Origin: an uncultured bacterium
GTDB taxonomy: Bacteria; CSSED10-310; CAZUFC01
DNA: 23,981 bases
Direction of reading: 5' to 3'
Assembly (NCBI GenBank): GCA_964619725.1
Contig: CAZUFC010000101.1
Span: forward strand, 6,847-30,827
Part shown: positions 1-9,629 of the stretch, piece after piece
How positions within the stretch are numbered: position 1 is the first letter of the stretch
Layout: each line of letters starts with the position of its first letter
Translations under genes and position numbers: made by a program
Notes under the pieces: generated by a model
Databases searched by the model: none
What the model saw: only the letters and a program-made list of their open reading frames with translations
What the model was told of the DNA's origin: nothing

Positions 1-55
1 CGGCATCCTGCCTGGTTCATTTACATCCGGAAAGGGGTCAGAGCCCGGCGCAAAC
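1..55 (+). repeat. Direct repeat copy 1 (55 bp visible, may extend left of the window), identical to 430-484
   Basis: cggcatcctgcctggttcatttacatccggaaaggggtcagagcccggcgcaaac occurs at 1-55 and at 430-484. Confidence 0.95.
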
Positions 56-190
56 CCTTTTTTTTCGGGCATCAGGGTCGGGGCTGGGGTCGGCATCGGC
101 ATCGGCATCGGGATCGGGGTTGGGATCAGTGTCTGTATCGTAATCGGGATCGCAATCGGAATACACAATTACGTGGAGATATGCTTTGTC
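56..190. repeat. Intergenic repeat family member (ATCGNN hexamer tract module)
   Basis: Run of atcggc/atcggg/atcgta/atcgca hexamers ending in aattacgtggagatatgctttgtc, which matches aattacggggagatatgtgttgtc at about 21658-21681. Confidence 0.75.
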
Positions 191-349
191 TTTCTCAATT
201 ATTCAAGGCTGTGAAAATTATAATCTCAAAAGGCGCTTTTTTGATCTTTGCCTTAAAAGAATCAGCCTTATGCGTGTGGGTCTTCATTCGACGTGTTAAA
301 AAGATGAGTTGCGCCGTCACAGTTCAGGGACCCGCAGAAACGCCACGGA

Positions 350-372
350 AAGCGGCAGGATGCCGCTTCTAC
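350..372 (-). repeat. GTAG-type REP-like palindrome
   Basis: Minus strand reads GTAG-AAGCGGCA-TCC-TGCCGCTT (GTAG plus an 8-bp stem). Degenerate copies at about 423-441 and 1-12. On + it is followed by a T-run, so it could also act as a terminator. Confidence 0.65.
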
Positions 373-429
373 TTTTTTTTCTTCTATTGTTGGATTCCCG
401 GGAAAAAATCGTTTCTTTAAAAGCAGTCG

Positions 430-484
430 CGGCATCCTGCCTGGTTCATTTACATCCGGAAAGGGGTCAGAGCCCGGCGCAAAC
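430..484 (+). repeat. Direct repeat copy 2
   Basis: Identical to 1-55. Confidence 0.95.
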
Positions 485-517
485 TATTGAATTACTGATG
501 CGTTAAATTGAATTTCC

Positions 518-548
518 TTGACAGAGCGACGCTGTATAAATATATAAT
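518..548 (+). promoter_or_regulatory. Putative sigma70 promoter of the kaiC-like/HK operon
   Basis: TTGACA at 518-523; TATATA at 541 (17-bp spacer) or TATAAT at 543-548 (19-bp spacer); AT-rich context. Confidence 0.5.
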
Positions 549-604
549 TAACAATAATTAACGCAGTCCTTTGACGGATTGTGCCGTCCTTTAGGAGAAT
601 TCGA

Positions 605-2080
605 ATGAAAAACGCAAAAAATAACAAGATCAAAACGGGAATGCCGGGACTCGATCATGTGTTGGCGGGCGGTTTTCCTGCCGACCATATCTATCTTTTA
701 ACGGGACCCAGCGGTTCGGGCAAGACCACTTTCGGATTGCAGTTTTTAATTGAAGGCGCGCGCCGGGGCGACAAATCTCTTTATATCGGGACGTCGGAAT
801 TTCCCGAAGAGATCAGGGAGATAGGGAGGTCTCACGGCTGGAATTTAAGCGGAATAGAGCTTCGTTATCATGGAGGACTTGAAGCGCTGACGGGGAAGCC
901 GAAGCAGACGATGTTTCAACCGGTCGAGGTTGAGCTTCCCCGGACGATGGAGGCGCTGATGGCCATAGTGAATGAGGTCAATCCTGATCGTCTGGTTATA
1001 GATTCTTTGACGGAGATCAGGTTATTGTCCGGCAGGGAAAGCTGGTATCGTGACCAGTTGAAGGTCCTTCAGCGGCACTTTTCAGACAAGCCTTGCACGG
1101 TGTTGTTGACTGATCTTAACATAAATGAGCAGCCTGTAGTCAGAAGCATAGTGCACGGAGTGATAGAACTGGGGCAGACTTCGCCCGTTTACGGACCTGA
1201 CCGCCGTCGTTTGCGAGTCGCCAAGTTGCGGGGGACGTCTTATTGCACGGGTTATCATGATTTCACGATATGTAAGGGCGGACTGCGTATTTTCCCCAGG
1301 CTGATTGCGGCGGAACATCGACAACGCTTTAAACCGGAAATGGTAAGCAGCGGACTGCCTGAACTCGACAAGCTTCTGGGAGGGGGATTGGACCGGGGAA
1401 CGAGCACCCTGTTTGTGGGTCCGACCGGCACCGGCAAATCCACAATATTGACCCAATATGTGACGGCGGCAGCGCGTCGCGGCGAAAAATGCGCCATGTA
1501 TATCTTCGATGAAAGAATTCAGACTCTTTTTCAGCGTTCAGCCGGCTTGGGTATGGAGCTTGAAGAACATGTGAATTCAGGAACGGTAACGGTGTTGCAG
1601 GTCGATCCCGCTGAAATGACGCCGGGTGAATTCAGCACAAGGGTGATGAATGACGTGGAAAAGGGTGTGCAAATAATCGCCATCGACAGCTTGAACGGCT
1701 ACGCCTATGCCATGCCCGAGGAGCGAATGCTGGACGTTCATCTTCATGAGTTGCTGAGTTACCTCAACCGACAGGCCGTTACCTCACTCCAGGTCATGAC
1801 GCAGCATGGAATTTTTTCCTCCGCATCTGCCGCTTTTGACGTCAGTTATATTTCGGATACGGTTATTCTGATGCGGATGTTTGAATACAGGGGCGCCGTA
1901 CACAGGTCCATATCGGTTCATAAACGTCGAGCCGGCGACCATGAGAACACTATACGGGAATTCACGTTCAAAGAAGGATCAATACAGATCGGAAAACCTT
2001 TGACTCAATTTACAGGCGTAATTTCCGGAAATCCCCAGTTTCTGGGAGAAGAGCTGGAAGAGGCCGGAGGAAATAGTTGA
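605..2080 (+). CDS. kaiC: KaiC-like double-domain RecA-superfamily ATPase (KaiC/GvpD/RAD55 family)
   Basis: Two P-loops (GPSGSGKT, GPTGTGKS), two Walker B motifs (LVIDS, IAIDS), KLRG and KRR fingers. Start moved to ATG 605 because AGGAG lies just upstream. The symbol means kaiC-like, not a clock ortholog. Confidence 0.9.
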   Translation: MKNAKNNKIKTGMPGLDHVLAGGFPADHIYLLTGPSGSGKTTFGLQFLIEGARRGDKSLYIGTSEFPEEIREIGRSHGWNLSGIELRYHGGLEALTGKPKQTMFQPVEVELPRTMEALMAIVNEVNPDRLVIDSLTEIRLLSGRESWYRDQLKVLQRHFSDKPCTVLLTDLNINEQPVVRSIVHGVIELGQTSPVYGPDRRRLRVAKLRGTSYCTGYHDFTICKGGLRIFPRLIAAEHRQRFKPEMVSSGLPELDKLLGGGLDRGTSTLFVGPTGTGKSTILTQYVTAAARRGEKCAMYIFDERIQTLFQRSAGLGMELEEHVNSGTVTVLQVDPAEMTPGEFSTRVMNDVEKGVQIIAIDSLNGYAYAMPEERMLDVHLHELLSYLNRQAVTSLQVMTQHGIFSSASAAFDVSYISDTVILMRMFEYRGAVHRSISVHKRRAGDHENTIREFTFKEGSIQIGKPLTQFTGVISGNPQFLGEELEEAGGNS

Positions 2081-5031
2081 AAACGGACTCAACATCAGAA
2101 GATGCTCTTCAGGCGCTTATCCTGGCTTCCACTGAGGGCGATGCTGAAGCGCTGATCGATACGCTTTCTCAGGCAGGATTACCCGGCGAATCGTGTTCAT
2201 CAATGACTGACTTATGCAGGCGCATCGATGCGGGTTCCGGCCTGGCGATCATTGCCGGCGAAGAGCTTGATGACGATGGTCGAAGAAAACTCGAAGCAGC
2301 GCTGAATCGTCAACCCGATTGGGCTGATTTTCCCGTCATTCTCATGGTTGCGCGGGGCGGCGATCTCGGCGCCGGATGGTCTTTTCTGCAAAAAAGTGAT
2401 GCGGCGGCTCATACCCTCATCCTGGAGCGGCCGGTATTCAGGGCCGCTTTATTGAGCGCCGTTCGTTCGGCTCTCAGATCGCGACGAAGACAATATCAAG
2501 TGCGGGATGAATTGACGGAACGATGTCGAGTCGAACAGGCGCTTCGGGAAAGTGAAGAACGGTTGCGCCTGGCGGCTGAAGCAGCGGAATTCGGCGCTTA
2601 CGATGCCGATTACAGGTCAAATACGCTTTACTGGTCTCCTGAAACCAGAAGAATTCTCCATTATCCTCCTGACGTTCCGGCGCCTGCTCCGGGAAAAATC
2701 CCGGATTGCGTGCATCCGGATGATGTTAATGCAGTCAAAGACGTTTTCCGGCGTGCTTTTAATCCTGAAGGCGACGGTCAGGTGGATAACGAACATCGAA
2801 TAATCACGCCTGACGGAAAGGTTCGATGGCTTCACTTAAAAGGACGGGTTCTATTTGCAGGAGAAGGCAATAAACGCCGCCATGTCCGTTCCACAGGAAT
2901 AATAGTGGATATTACCGACCGAAAAGAGAAGGAACAGGTCATTCGAAATGCACAACGCTTCAGTGAAGCTCTGAATAGCGTTAATGCAACCCTCCATTCA
3001 AGCCTCGACGTCAATGAAATTATGCATCGCCTGATTCATGAAGGCAGCGCCGTGCTTGGTTCCGAAAGCGCTGCAGTTTCTCTGCAGAAATACGGCAAGT
3101 GGTTCGTCGAATATGTCAAAGGATTACCTGCCGAAGATTACATCGGCGCCGAATTGGTTGAGGAAGCCGAAAAGCACGCCTTTGCTGCAATAAAAACGAA
3201 ACAGCCGGTCGTCGTTTCCGATGCTTTTAACGACGAAAGATTCAACCCCGAACATTTGCGTAATCACAATATTAAATCCGTATTGGTAATGCCATTAATA
3301 CGAAGAAATGAAACCTTCGGCGTAATATTTTTCAACTACCATGCCGACAAGCATGAATTCAACGAAGCGGAAGTCCAATTCGCCCGGCAATTGGCTTCCA
3401 CGGCTTCAATTGCCTTTGAAAACAGCAGGCTTTTCGCTGAGCTCCAAGAAACCGGTAGAAAGCTCCAGAGGGCGCATGACGAACTCGAAGAAAAAGTAAA
3501 AGAACGCACCGCTGAACTGGCAGAAAGCGAAGAACGCTTCAGAGCGGCCCTGTCCAATGAAAATATTATTGTAACGCATGTCGATAAGGAACTCAGATAT
3601 ACCTGGGTGCATAACAGCCATCCCGATTTCCCTCCGGACAAGCTCATCGGAAAGAGGGACGATGAAGCGCTGGGCGAAAAAGAGGCTGCAGAGATAATGG
3701 AACTGAAACGGCGTGCGCTGGAAACTCAGAGGAATGTCAGAGGAGAGCTTTTATTTCAATTGTCGGACAGCGAAAAATGGTACGATTTTACGGCTGCGCC
3801 CCGTATGAATGCGGAGGGCGAACCTGCAGGCTTGACGACTGCGGCGATAGATATTACCGACCGCAAAAGACTGGAAACGCAACTGCTTGAAGCTCAAAAG
3901 CTGGAAGCCGTCGGACGCCTGGCGGGAGGCATCGCCCATGATTTCAATAATCGTACGCAGGTCATATTAACGTGCGCTCAAAAAATGCTTCGTAAAGACG
4001 ACCTTGACGAAATGCTGCAGAACAATCTGAAAATGATCGTCGAAGCGGGCGAAAAAGCTGCGGAACTGACCAACCAGCTTCTGGCATTCAGCCGTAAACA
4101 GGTCATGAGGATAGAAACGATCAATATCACCAACGCCGTCAAAGATATGCTGCCTATGATCGGGCGACTCCTCAGCGAAGAAATTAAAATAAAACTGTAT
4201 GCTCCCGGTAATCCCCTATACGTTCGAGCCGACCGGAGCAAACTCGAACAGGTATTAATGAACCTGGCCGTCAATGCCAGGGACGCAATGCCCAGAGGCG
4301 GCCGACTTACTATAACCATACGCGAATCAGGTCCGAAAAGGCTGACGAAACAGACAATTCCGCAGAATTGTGTTCTCCTGGAAGTTTCAGACACTGGATG
4401 CGGAATGGATGCGGAAATCGCTTCGCACGTATTCGAACCCTTCTTTACGACGAAACCGGAAGGAGAAGGAACAGGACTGGGACTGGCGACGACTTACGGA
4501 ATCATAAAACAGTCCGGCGGCGAAATAACCGTCGACAGCGAACCGGGATGCGGAACCCACTTCCGTATCTTCCTGCCGCTCATCGAACGGGAAGAAGCGA
4601 TTAAAACGATTGAAAGAGAAGAAGAAGAAGAAGAAGAAGAAGAAGAAATTCGACTGTCGACGCTCCGGATTCTTCTGGTAGAAGATGATGCCATGATAAG
4701 GTATGGTCTGGCGCTTGAGCTGGAAAACCAGGGAATGAAAATCATTCAGGCCGGAAATTACAGGGAAGCGATAGAAGCGGCCGAAAAACAGGATGAACCG
4801 ATAAACCTGCTTATCACAGACATGGTCCTCACGGATAAAGACGGTTCGGAAACAGCCAAAGGAGTCCTCGAACGGCACCCCAATGCCAGAATACTCTATA
4901 TCTCAGGCTACTCTGAATCACACATAGAAAAACGCTCCTTCAACTCATCCGCCGGCTTCCTCCAAAAACCTTTTTCCGTCGAAACCCTGACCGCCAAAAT
5001 AAAGGAAATGCTGACGAAAAGGGGAAACTGA
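2077..5031 (+). CDS. Cytoplasmic hybrid sensor histidine kinase (degenerate REC-like N-terminus, PAS, GAF, coiled coil, PAS, HisKA, HATPase, REC)
   Basis: HPDD and DITDRK PAS/PAC motifs; GAF region (SVLVMPLI); H-box AHDFNN; N-box NLAVNARDAM; G boxes DTGCGM and GTGLGL; REC motifs LLVEDD, LITD, KPF. The TTG start overlaps the kaiC stop. Confidence 0.93.
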   Translation: MKTDSTSEDALQALILASTEGDAEALIDTLSQAGLPGESCSSMTDLCRRIDAGSGLAIIAGEELDDDGRRKLEAALNRQPDWADFPVILMVARGGDLGAGWSFLQKSDAAAHTLILERPVFRAALLSAVRSALRSRRRQYQVRDELTERCRVEQALRESEERLRLAAEAAEFGAYDADYRSNTLYWSPETRRILHYPPDVPAPAPGKIPDCVHPDDVNAVKDVFRRAFNPEGDGQVDNEHRIITPDGKVRWLHLKGRVLFAGEGNKRRHVRSTGIIVDITDRKEKEQVIRNAQRFSEALNSVNATLHSSLDVNEIMHRLIHEGSAVLGSESAAVSLQKYGKWFVEYVKGLPAEDYIGAELVEEAEKHAFAAIKTKQPVVVSDAFNDERFNPEHLRNHNIKSVLVMPLIRRNETFGVIFFNYHADKHEFNEAEVQFARQLASTASIAFENSRLFAELQETGRKLQRAHDELEEKVKERTAELAESEERFRAALSNENIIVTHVDKELRYTWVHNSHPDFPPDKLIGKRDDEALGEKEAAEIMELKRRALETQRNVRGELLFQLSDSEKWYDFTAAPRMNAEGEPAGLTTAAIDITDRKRLETQLLEAQKLEAVGRLAGGIAHDFNNRTQVILTCAQKMLRKDDLDEMLQNNLKMIVEAGEKAAELTNQLLAFSRKQVMRIETINITNAVKDMLPMIGRLLSEEIKIKLYAPGNPLYVRADRSKLEQVLMNLAVNARDAMPRGGRLTITIRESGPKRLTKQTIPQNCVLLEVSDTGCGMDAEIASHVFEPFFTTKPEGEGTGLGLATTYGIIKQSGGEITVDSEPGCGTHFRIFLPLIEREEAIKTIEREEEEEEEEEEIRLSTLRILLVEDDAMIRYGLALELENQGMKIIQAGNYREAIEAAEKQDEPINLLITDMVLTDKDGSETAKGVLERHPNARILYISGYSESHIEKRSFNSSAGFLQKPFSVETLTAKIKEMLTKRGN
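4618..4647 (+). repeat. (GAA)10 trinucleotide repeat encoding a poly-Glu linker
   Basis: Ten consecutive gaa codons between the HATPase and REC domains. Confidence 0.95.
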
Positions 5032-5280
5032 TCAAACCGGGGTTACGCTTCTTTCAAAACTTTTGACAGTTGGTTTCAGTAATCAGGGGCGGTATCGGAA
5101 TCGGTATCGAAAATTGAAGCATAGAAATACTCGCCATGCGGTTGAACAAATGATCAAAAGAAAAATGGGCATTGATCAAAAATACCTCTCTTGAGGTTAC
5201 AATTCTTCCGAATATCCCATCATTTTGTTTCGATTATTACGATTGCGATAACGATCCCGATACCGATTACGGCCCCTCAA
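5028..5280. repeat. Intergenic repeat family member: 5' half-unit on + (5028 to about 5112) and an inverted part-unit (5168-5278)
   Basis: ctgatcaaaccggggttac...cagtaatcaggggcggtatcgg matches the reverse complement of about 11390-11459; 5168-5270 matches about 11292-11400. Confidence 0.9.
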
Positions 5281-5354
5281 TCAGGGCATATCCTCCTTCC
5301 AGTAATGCGCTCAAAGGCTTCGGAACGTTCGATTTCCATTAATCTGCCCCCTTC

Positions 5355-7751
5355 TCAAGCGGAATCGCCGGATTGCTCTTCTTCCGCCACACGTTTTATA
5401 ACTTCGACCACGCTGTCAGGATTCAATGAAATCGAATCAATGCCGGCCCGGACCAGAAAACGGGCGAAATCCGGATGATCGCTCGGCGCCTGACCGCATA
5501 ATCCCACTTTCGTATCCTTCTTGTGCGCCTTCTCGATCAGCTCCCGAATCATGGACTTGACCGCTTCATTCCTCTCGTCGAAAAGGTCTGAAAGGTCCTC
5601 TGAATTGCGGTCTATACCCAGGATGAGCTGGGTCAGATCATTCGTACCGATGGAAAAGCCGTCGAATCGTTCGGCGAACTGCTCAGCCAGAACGACATTG
5701 GACGGTATCTCGATCATCACGTATACCTGCAATTTTGATTCGCCCCTGCTCAATCCGTTTTCAGCCATAACCTTCATAACGCTGTCCGCTTCTTCGAGCG
5801 TTCTGCAGAAAGGTATCATGACGACTACATTATCCAGTCCTATTTCCTCCCTGACCTTTCTTATTGCACGGCATTCCAGCGCGAAGCCTTCCCGGTAACG
5901 GTCGCTGTAATAACGGGATGCCCCTCTGAATCCCAGCATGGGATTAGCTTCTTTCGGCTCGAATTGTTCTCCGCCGATGAGATTGGCGTATTCGTCCGTC
6001 TTGAAATCGCTCATCCTGACTACGACAGGATGGGGATACTGTGAAGCGGCTATTCTGGCGATGCCCCGCGCCAGATGGTCCACAAAATATTCTTCTTTAT
6101 TTTCATAATCAGCCGTTAACTTCTGAATTCGTTTCTTCGCTTTTTTGTCTTCCAGATTCTCGAATCGAACCAGCGCCATAGGATGAATCTTGATGACGTT
6201 GTTGATGATAAATTCCATCCGCGCCAACCCTATGCCCCGTGCCGGCAGGCGCCACCATCGAAAAGCCGCTGCAGGACTCGCAATGTTCATCATGATCTGA
6301 GTCTTCGTTTCCGGGATGCTCTCTAAATCAAGCTCCTTTTCTTCATATTCAGATTTGCCTTCATAAACGTATCCCCGGTCTCCCTCCGCACAGGAAATAG
6401 TGATTTCCATACCGTCCATGAGTTCAGCAGTGGCTTCGCCGGTCCCTACGACAGCCGGTATGCCGAGTTCGCGGCTGACTATGGCGGCGTGCGAGGTTCT
6501 TCCGCCGTGATCGGTTATTATGCCGGACGCTTTTTTCATGATAGGCACCCAATCCGGGTCCGTCATGCCGGTTACCAGAACCGAATCTTTCTCAAACTGA
6601 TCAATATCGTCGGCATGTTTAATGATCTGGGCTTTTCCCGAAGCTATAGCCTGTCCTATGGCCAGCCCTTCCAGAAGTTCTTTCCCTTTTTCCTTCAACT
6701 TGTAGGTTTTCATCTCAGCAGCCTCTTTCTGCGACTGTACCGTTTCAGGTCGAGCCTGAACCACGAAAAGCTCTCCTGAATACCCGTCCTTGGCCCATTC
6801 CATGTCCATCGGCTTCCCGTAATGCTTCTCGATCTTTACCGCCCAACGTCCCAGTTTCAATATCTCATCGTCGGTCAATACGAATGAAGTTCTCTCCTCT
6901 TTTGAAGTATTTACGTTCCTGGTCGTCTCGCTTCCTCCACGGGCATATACCATTTTCTTCTCTTTCTCCCCCAATTCCTTCTCTATGACAGGCCGCTTGT
7001 CCGATTGTCCTAGAAGCGGCTTGAATACTATATATTCGTCAGGATTCACCGAACCCTGGACCACATTCTCACCCAAACCCCACGCCGCATTGATCACCAC
7101 TACGTCCTTAAATCCCGTTTCCGTATCCAGTGAAAACATCACGCCCGAACCCGCCTTGTCCGAACGAACCATTTTCTGCACACCAGCGGATAACGCTACT
7201 TTAAGATGATCGAAGCCCTTCTCTTGACGGTAAGCTATCGCACGGTCCGTAAAAAGAGATGCGTAACACTTCCGGCAAGCCTCCAGAAGCTCTTCCCTCC
7301 CCGTCACATTAAGATAGGTCTCCTGCTGGCCCGCAAAACTCGCCTCAGGAAGGTCCTCAGCCGTGGCGCTGCTCCTTACCGCTACATCAACCTCCTTCTC
7401 CTCATAACGCTCGCATAGCGTATCGTAAGCTCTACCTATCTCCTCCTTCAGCTCATCGGAAAATCCGGATTTCACAAATAACCGCCTTACAGATTTTCCA
7501 ACCTCCGCCAAACTCTTTTTATTCTCTTCCAATTCGCCGATCAGCGTTCTGATCTTTTCATTTATTCCATTAAAATCAAGAAATTCCCTGTAAGCCGCCG
7601 CCGTCGTCGCAAATCCTCCAGGAACACTTACTCCCTCTCCTTTCAATTCTTTCAGCATCTCGCCTAAAGATGCATTCTTGCCCCCTACTGAACCCACATC
7701 ATCGGAATTCAAATCCTCAAACCATCGAATGTACTTCGATCTCTCACTCAT
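5355..7751 (-). CDS. ppsA: Phosphoenolpyruvate synthase (pyruvate, water dikinase)
   Basis: VGGKNASLGEM, VAVRSSATAED, SFAGQQETY, phospho-His motif GGRTSHAAIVSRELG, NPMLGFRG, FSIGTNDLTQ, GLCGQAPSD; AAGGAG RBS. Confidence 0.97.
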   Translation of the reverse strand: MSERSKYIRWFEDLNSDDVGSVGGKNASLGEMLKELKGEGVSVPGGFATTAAAYREFLDFNGINEKIRTLIGELEENKKSLAEVGKSVRRLFVKSGFSDELKEEIGRAYDTLCERYEEKEVDVAVRSSATAEDLPEASFAGQQETYLNVTGREELLEACRKCYASLFTDRAIAYRQEKGFDHLKVALSAGVQKMVRSDKAGSGVMFSLDTETGFKDVVVINAAWGLGENVVQGSVNPDEYIVFKPLLGQSDKRPVIEKELGEKEKKMVYARGGSETTRNVNTSKEERTSFVLTDDEILKLGRWAVKIEKHYGKPMDMEWAKDGYSGELFVVQARPETVQSQKEAAEMKTYKLKEKGKELLEGLAIGQAIASGKAQIIKHADDIDQFEKDSVLVTGMTDPDWVPIMKKASGIITDHGGRTSHAAIVSRELGIPAVVGTGEATAELMDGMEITISCAEGDRGYVYEGKSEYEEKELDLESIPETKTQIMMNIASPAAAFRWWRLPARGIGLARMEFIINNVIKIHPMALVRFENLEDKKAKKRIQKLTADYENKEEYFVDHLARGIARIAASQYPHPVVVRMSDFKTDEYANLIGGEQFEPKEANPMLGFRGASRYYSDRYREGFALECRAIRKVREEIGLDNVVVMIPFCRTLEEADSVMKVMAENGLSRGESKLQVYVMIEIPSNVVLAEQFAERFDGFSIGTNDLTQLILGIDRNSEDLSDLFDERNEAVKSMIRELIEKAHKKDTKVGLCGQAPSDHPDFARFLVRAGIDSISLNPDSVVEVIKRVAEEEQSGDSA

Positions 7752-8009
7752 TCGCCTGCTCCTTTCTGAAATCTTTCATCACTTGACGAAAATCGCAAAA
7801 TGTGTGCCTGTGTTCCGGGGCAGTTCATAACAGAATCACTCTTTTTAACCTGCGCAGGAGCTTGGACGAACGGATTCCTGAACTCTCTTACCGAATGATC
7901 CTTTCTTCTGCATACTTAATATTCATCCTTTTTCAATTCCCACATTCGTAATATTTCGAAATTTCTTTTGAAGTTTTTCTAATTTTTTACCTTTTTATGC
8001 CTCAACGCT

Positions 8010-8163
8010 GCTTTTTTCATCATGCACCGTTTGTCTCGGCATCGAGGCCGGTATCGCTATCGCAATCGGACATTAAACATGAACAACGATCGGGACTGAG
8101 CAAACCGGGGTTACACTTCTTTCAAAACTTATGAAAGGAAATGTAATCCCCGTTTGATCAGTC
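8010..8163. repeat. Intergenic repeat family member with a 70-bp inverted-repeat mini-element at 8094-8163
   Basis: gactgagcaaaccggggttaca (8094-8115) and tgtaatccccgtttgatcagtc (8142-8163) are imperfect inverted repeats, preceded by an ATCGNN tract. Confidence 0.88.
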
Positions 8164-8342
8164 GCTGCCGATTTGATGCCGGCATAAATATTGCCCTGTT
8201 AGCATAGACTGGAATGAATCCAAGTGAGATGAACATCGGGGAATTCGGGTTGCAGTAATGATCATAAAGGGCCTCCCCTGTTTTCGGCGCTTAAATTGCC
8301 CTCAGTCATGATTCAAAAGCTCAACTTAAAAAAGGAGTCAAT

Positions 8343-9617
8343 ATGAATGGAGAATTTTTTAAATCGTCTGCAATATCAGGCCGGTCTGTAATCGACGTCC
8401 GGTCTGTCGCCGCATTCAATGGATGGAAGATGAATGAGCAGCAAAGAGGAGGTCATCTTCCCGGGGCCGTTTCTTTCCCTCTGAAATGGACAGATTTTGA
8501 CGGCTGGAAGAAAGTTTTGCAGGATAAAAACATAACGCCGAATGATGCGGTTATGCTGTATGGATATAATGATGGAGAGATGGAAACATTCAGCGAAAAA
8601 CTGATGGCAGCGGGTTACAGCGACATAGGTATACTCACAGGTTTCGGGGATTGGACTGAAAACAAAAGCATGCCTCTGGTCAGACTCGCAAAATATCAAC
8701 AACTCGTTTACCCGGAGTGGCTGCATGAGCTCATTGAAGGTCGATCTCCTCCAGGCTATGAAAACGATCATTATGTAATCGGACATGCCACGTATGGTTA
8801 TCGTGAAGACTACGAAGCGGGACATATTCCTGGAGCGGTTCATATCGACACGATAAGCCTGGAGGACCCGGAAACCTGGAATAGAAGGACTCCGGAGGAA
8901 CTGACGAAAGCGCTCCTGGACTGCGGGATAACTTCAGACACGACCGTCATAATGTATGGGAGGTTTTCCCATCCCAATAATCAGGACCCTTATCCCGGAA
9001 GGAAGGCGGGTCATCTGGCGGCAATGCGGTGCGCCGTCATCATGCTGTATGCCGGGGTAAAAGACGTCCGCATATTAAACGGAGGGCTGGCCGCCTGGAA
9101 AGAGGCCGGTTATGAGTTGTCCACGGAAGAGCCGGAAATTCGAAAATCCGACGATTTCGGCATTCAAATACCGGCTCATCCCGAATATATAATCGATACG
9201 CCCGAAGCGAAACGAATACTGGCATCGGACGACGGCGAACTCGTCAGCGTCAGAAGCTGGGACGAATACATCGGTAAAGTAAGCGGATACAACTACATCG
9301 AAAAACGGGGCCGCATACCCGGTTCGGTTTTCGGCAACTGCGGCAGCGATGCCTATCACATGGAAAACTACCGCAATATAGACCATACCATGAGACAGCA
9401 TGAAGAAGTCGCCCGGAACTGGGCCGAAAACGGCGTGATACCCGAAAAACGCATTGCCTTCTACTGCGGCACCGGATGGCGAGCCTCCGAAGCTTTTCTC
9501 AATGCCTATCTCATGGGCTGGCCGAATATTTCGATTTATGACGGAGGTTGGATGGAATGGAGCGGCAAATACAATAATGCTGTCGAAACAGGCATACCTG
9601 AATCTCAAACAAAGTAA
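8343..9617 (+). CDS. eanB: Triple-rhodanese sulfurtransferase, EanB-type anaerobic ergothioneine synthase (YnjE-like fold)
   Basis: Active-site loop FYCGTGWR; E-x7-YNY, then C, YH and the catalytic C at offsets +17, +22/+23 and +59 from the first Y, the spacing I recall for Chlorobium limicola EanB (E345/Y353/C370/Y375/H376/C412); YDGGWMEW; adjacent to a histidine methyltransferase; AAGGAG RBS. Confidence 0.88.
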   Translation: MNGEFFKSSAISGRSVIDVRSVAAFNGWKMNEQQRGGHLPGAVSFPLKWTDFDGWKKVLQDKNITPNDAVMLYGYNDGEMETFSEKLMAAGYSDIGILTGFGDWTENKSMPLVRLAKYQQLVYPEWLHELIEGRSPPGYENDHYVIGHATYGYREDYEAGHIPGAVHIDTISLEDPETWNRRTPEELTKALLDCGITSDTTVIMYGRFSHPNNQDPYPGRKAGHLAAMRCAVIMLYAGVKDVRILNGGLAAWKEAGYELSTEEPEIRKSDDFGIQIPAHPEYIIDTPEAKRILASDDGELVSVRSWDEYIGKVSGYNYIEKRGRIPGSVFGNCGSDAYHMENYRNIDHTMRQHEEVARNWAENGVIPEKRIAFYCGTGWRASEAFLNAYLMGWPNISIYDGGWMEWSGKYNNAVETGIPESQTK

Positions 9618-9629
9618 GGAGGATCCCAC

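Noticed and set aside
181-506. Short ORFs 181-420 and 309-506
   Set aside because: They lie over REP-like and duplicated non-coding sequence, with no RBS or motifs
581-604. GTG start at 581 for kaiC-like (likewise 19252 and 16783 for other genes)
   Set aside because: Better RBS-supported starts at 605, 19327 and 16762
605-2080. True circadian clock
   Set aside because: No kaiA or kaiB in the window, SY instead of ST at the phosphosite, and the gene is coupled to a hybrid kinase
5191-5478. 95-aa ORF with ITIAITIPIPIT
   Set aside because: Translation of the hexamer repeat tract plus ppsA antisense sequence
8343-9617. Plain thiosulfate sulfurtransferase YnjE (molybdopterin-related)
   Set aside because: It shares CGTGWR, but the EanB-like residue spacing, lack of a signal peptide and adjacency to a histidine methyltransferase favour EanB
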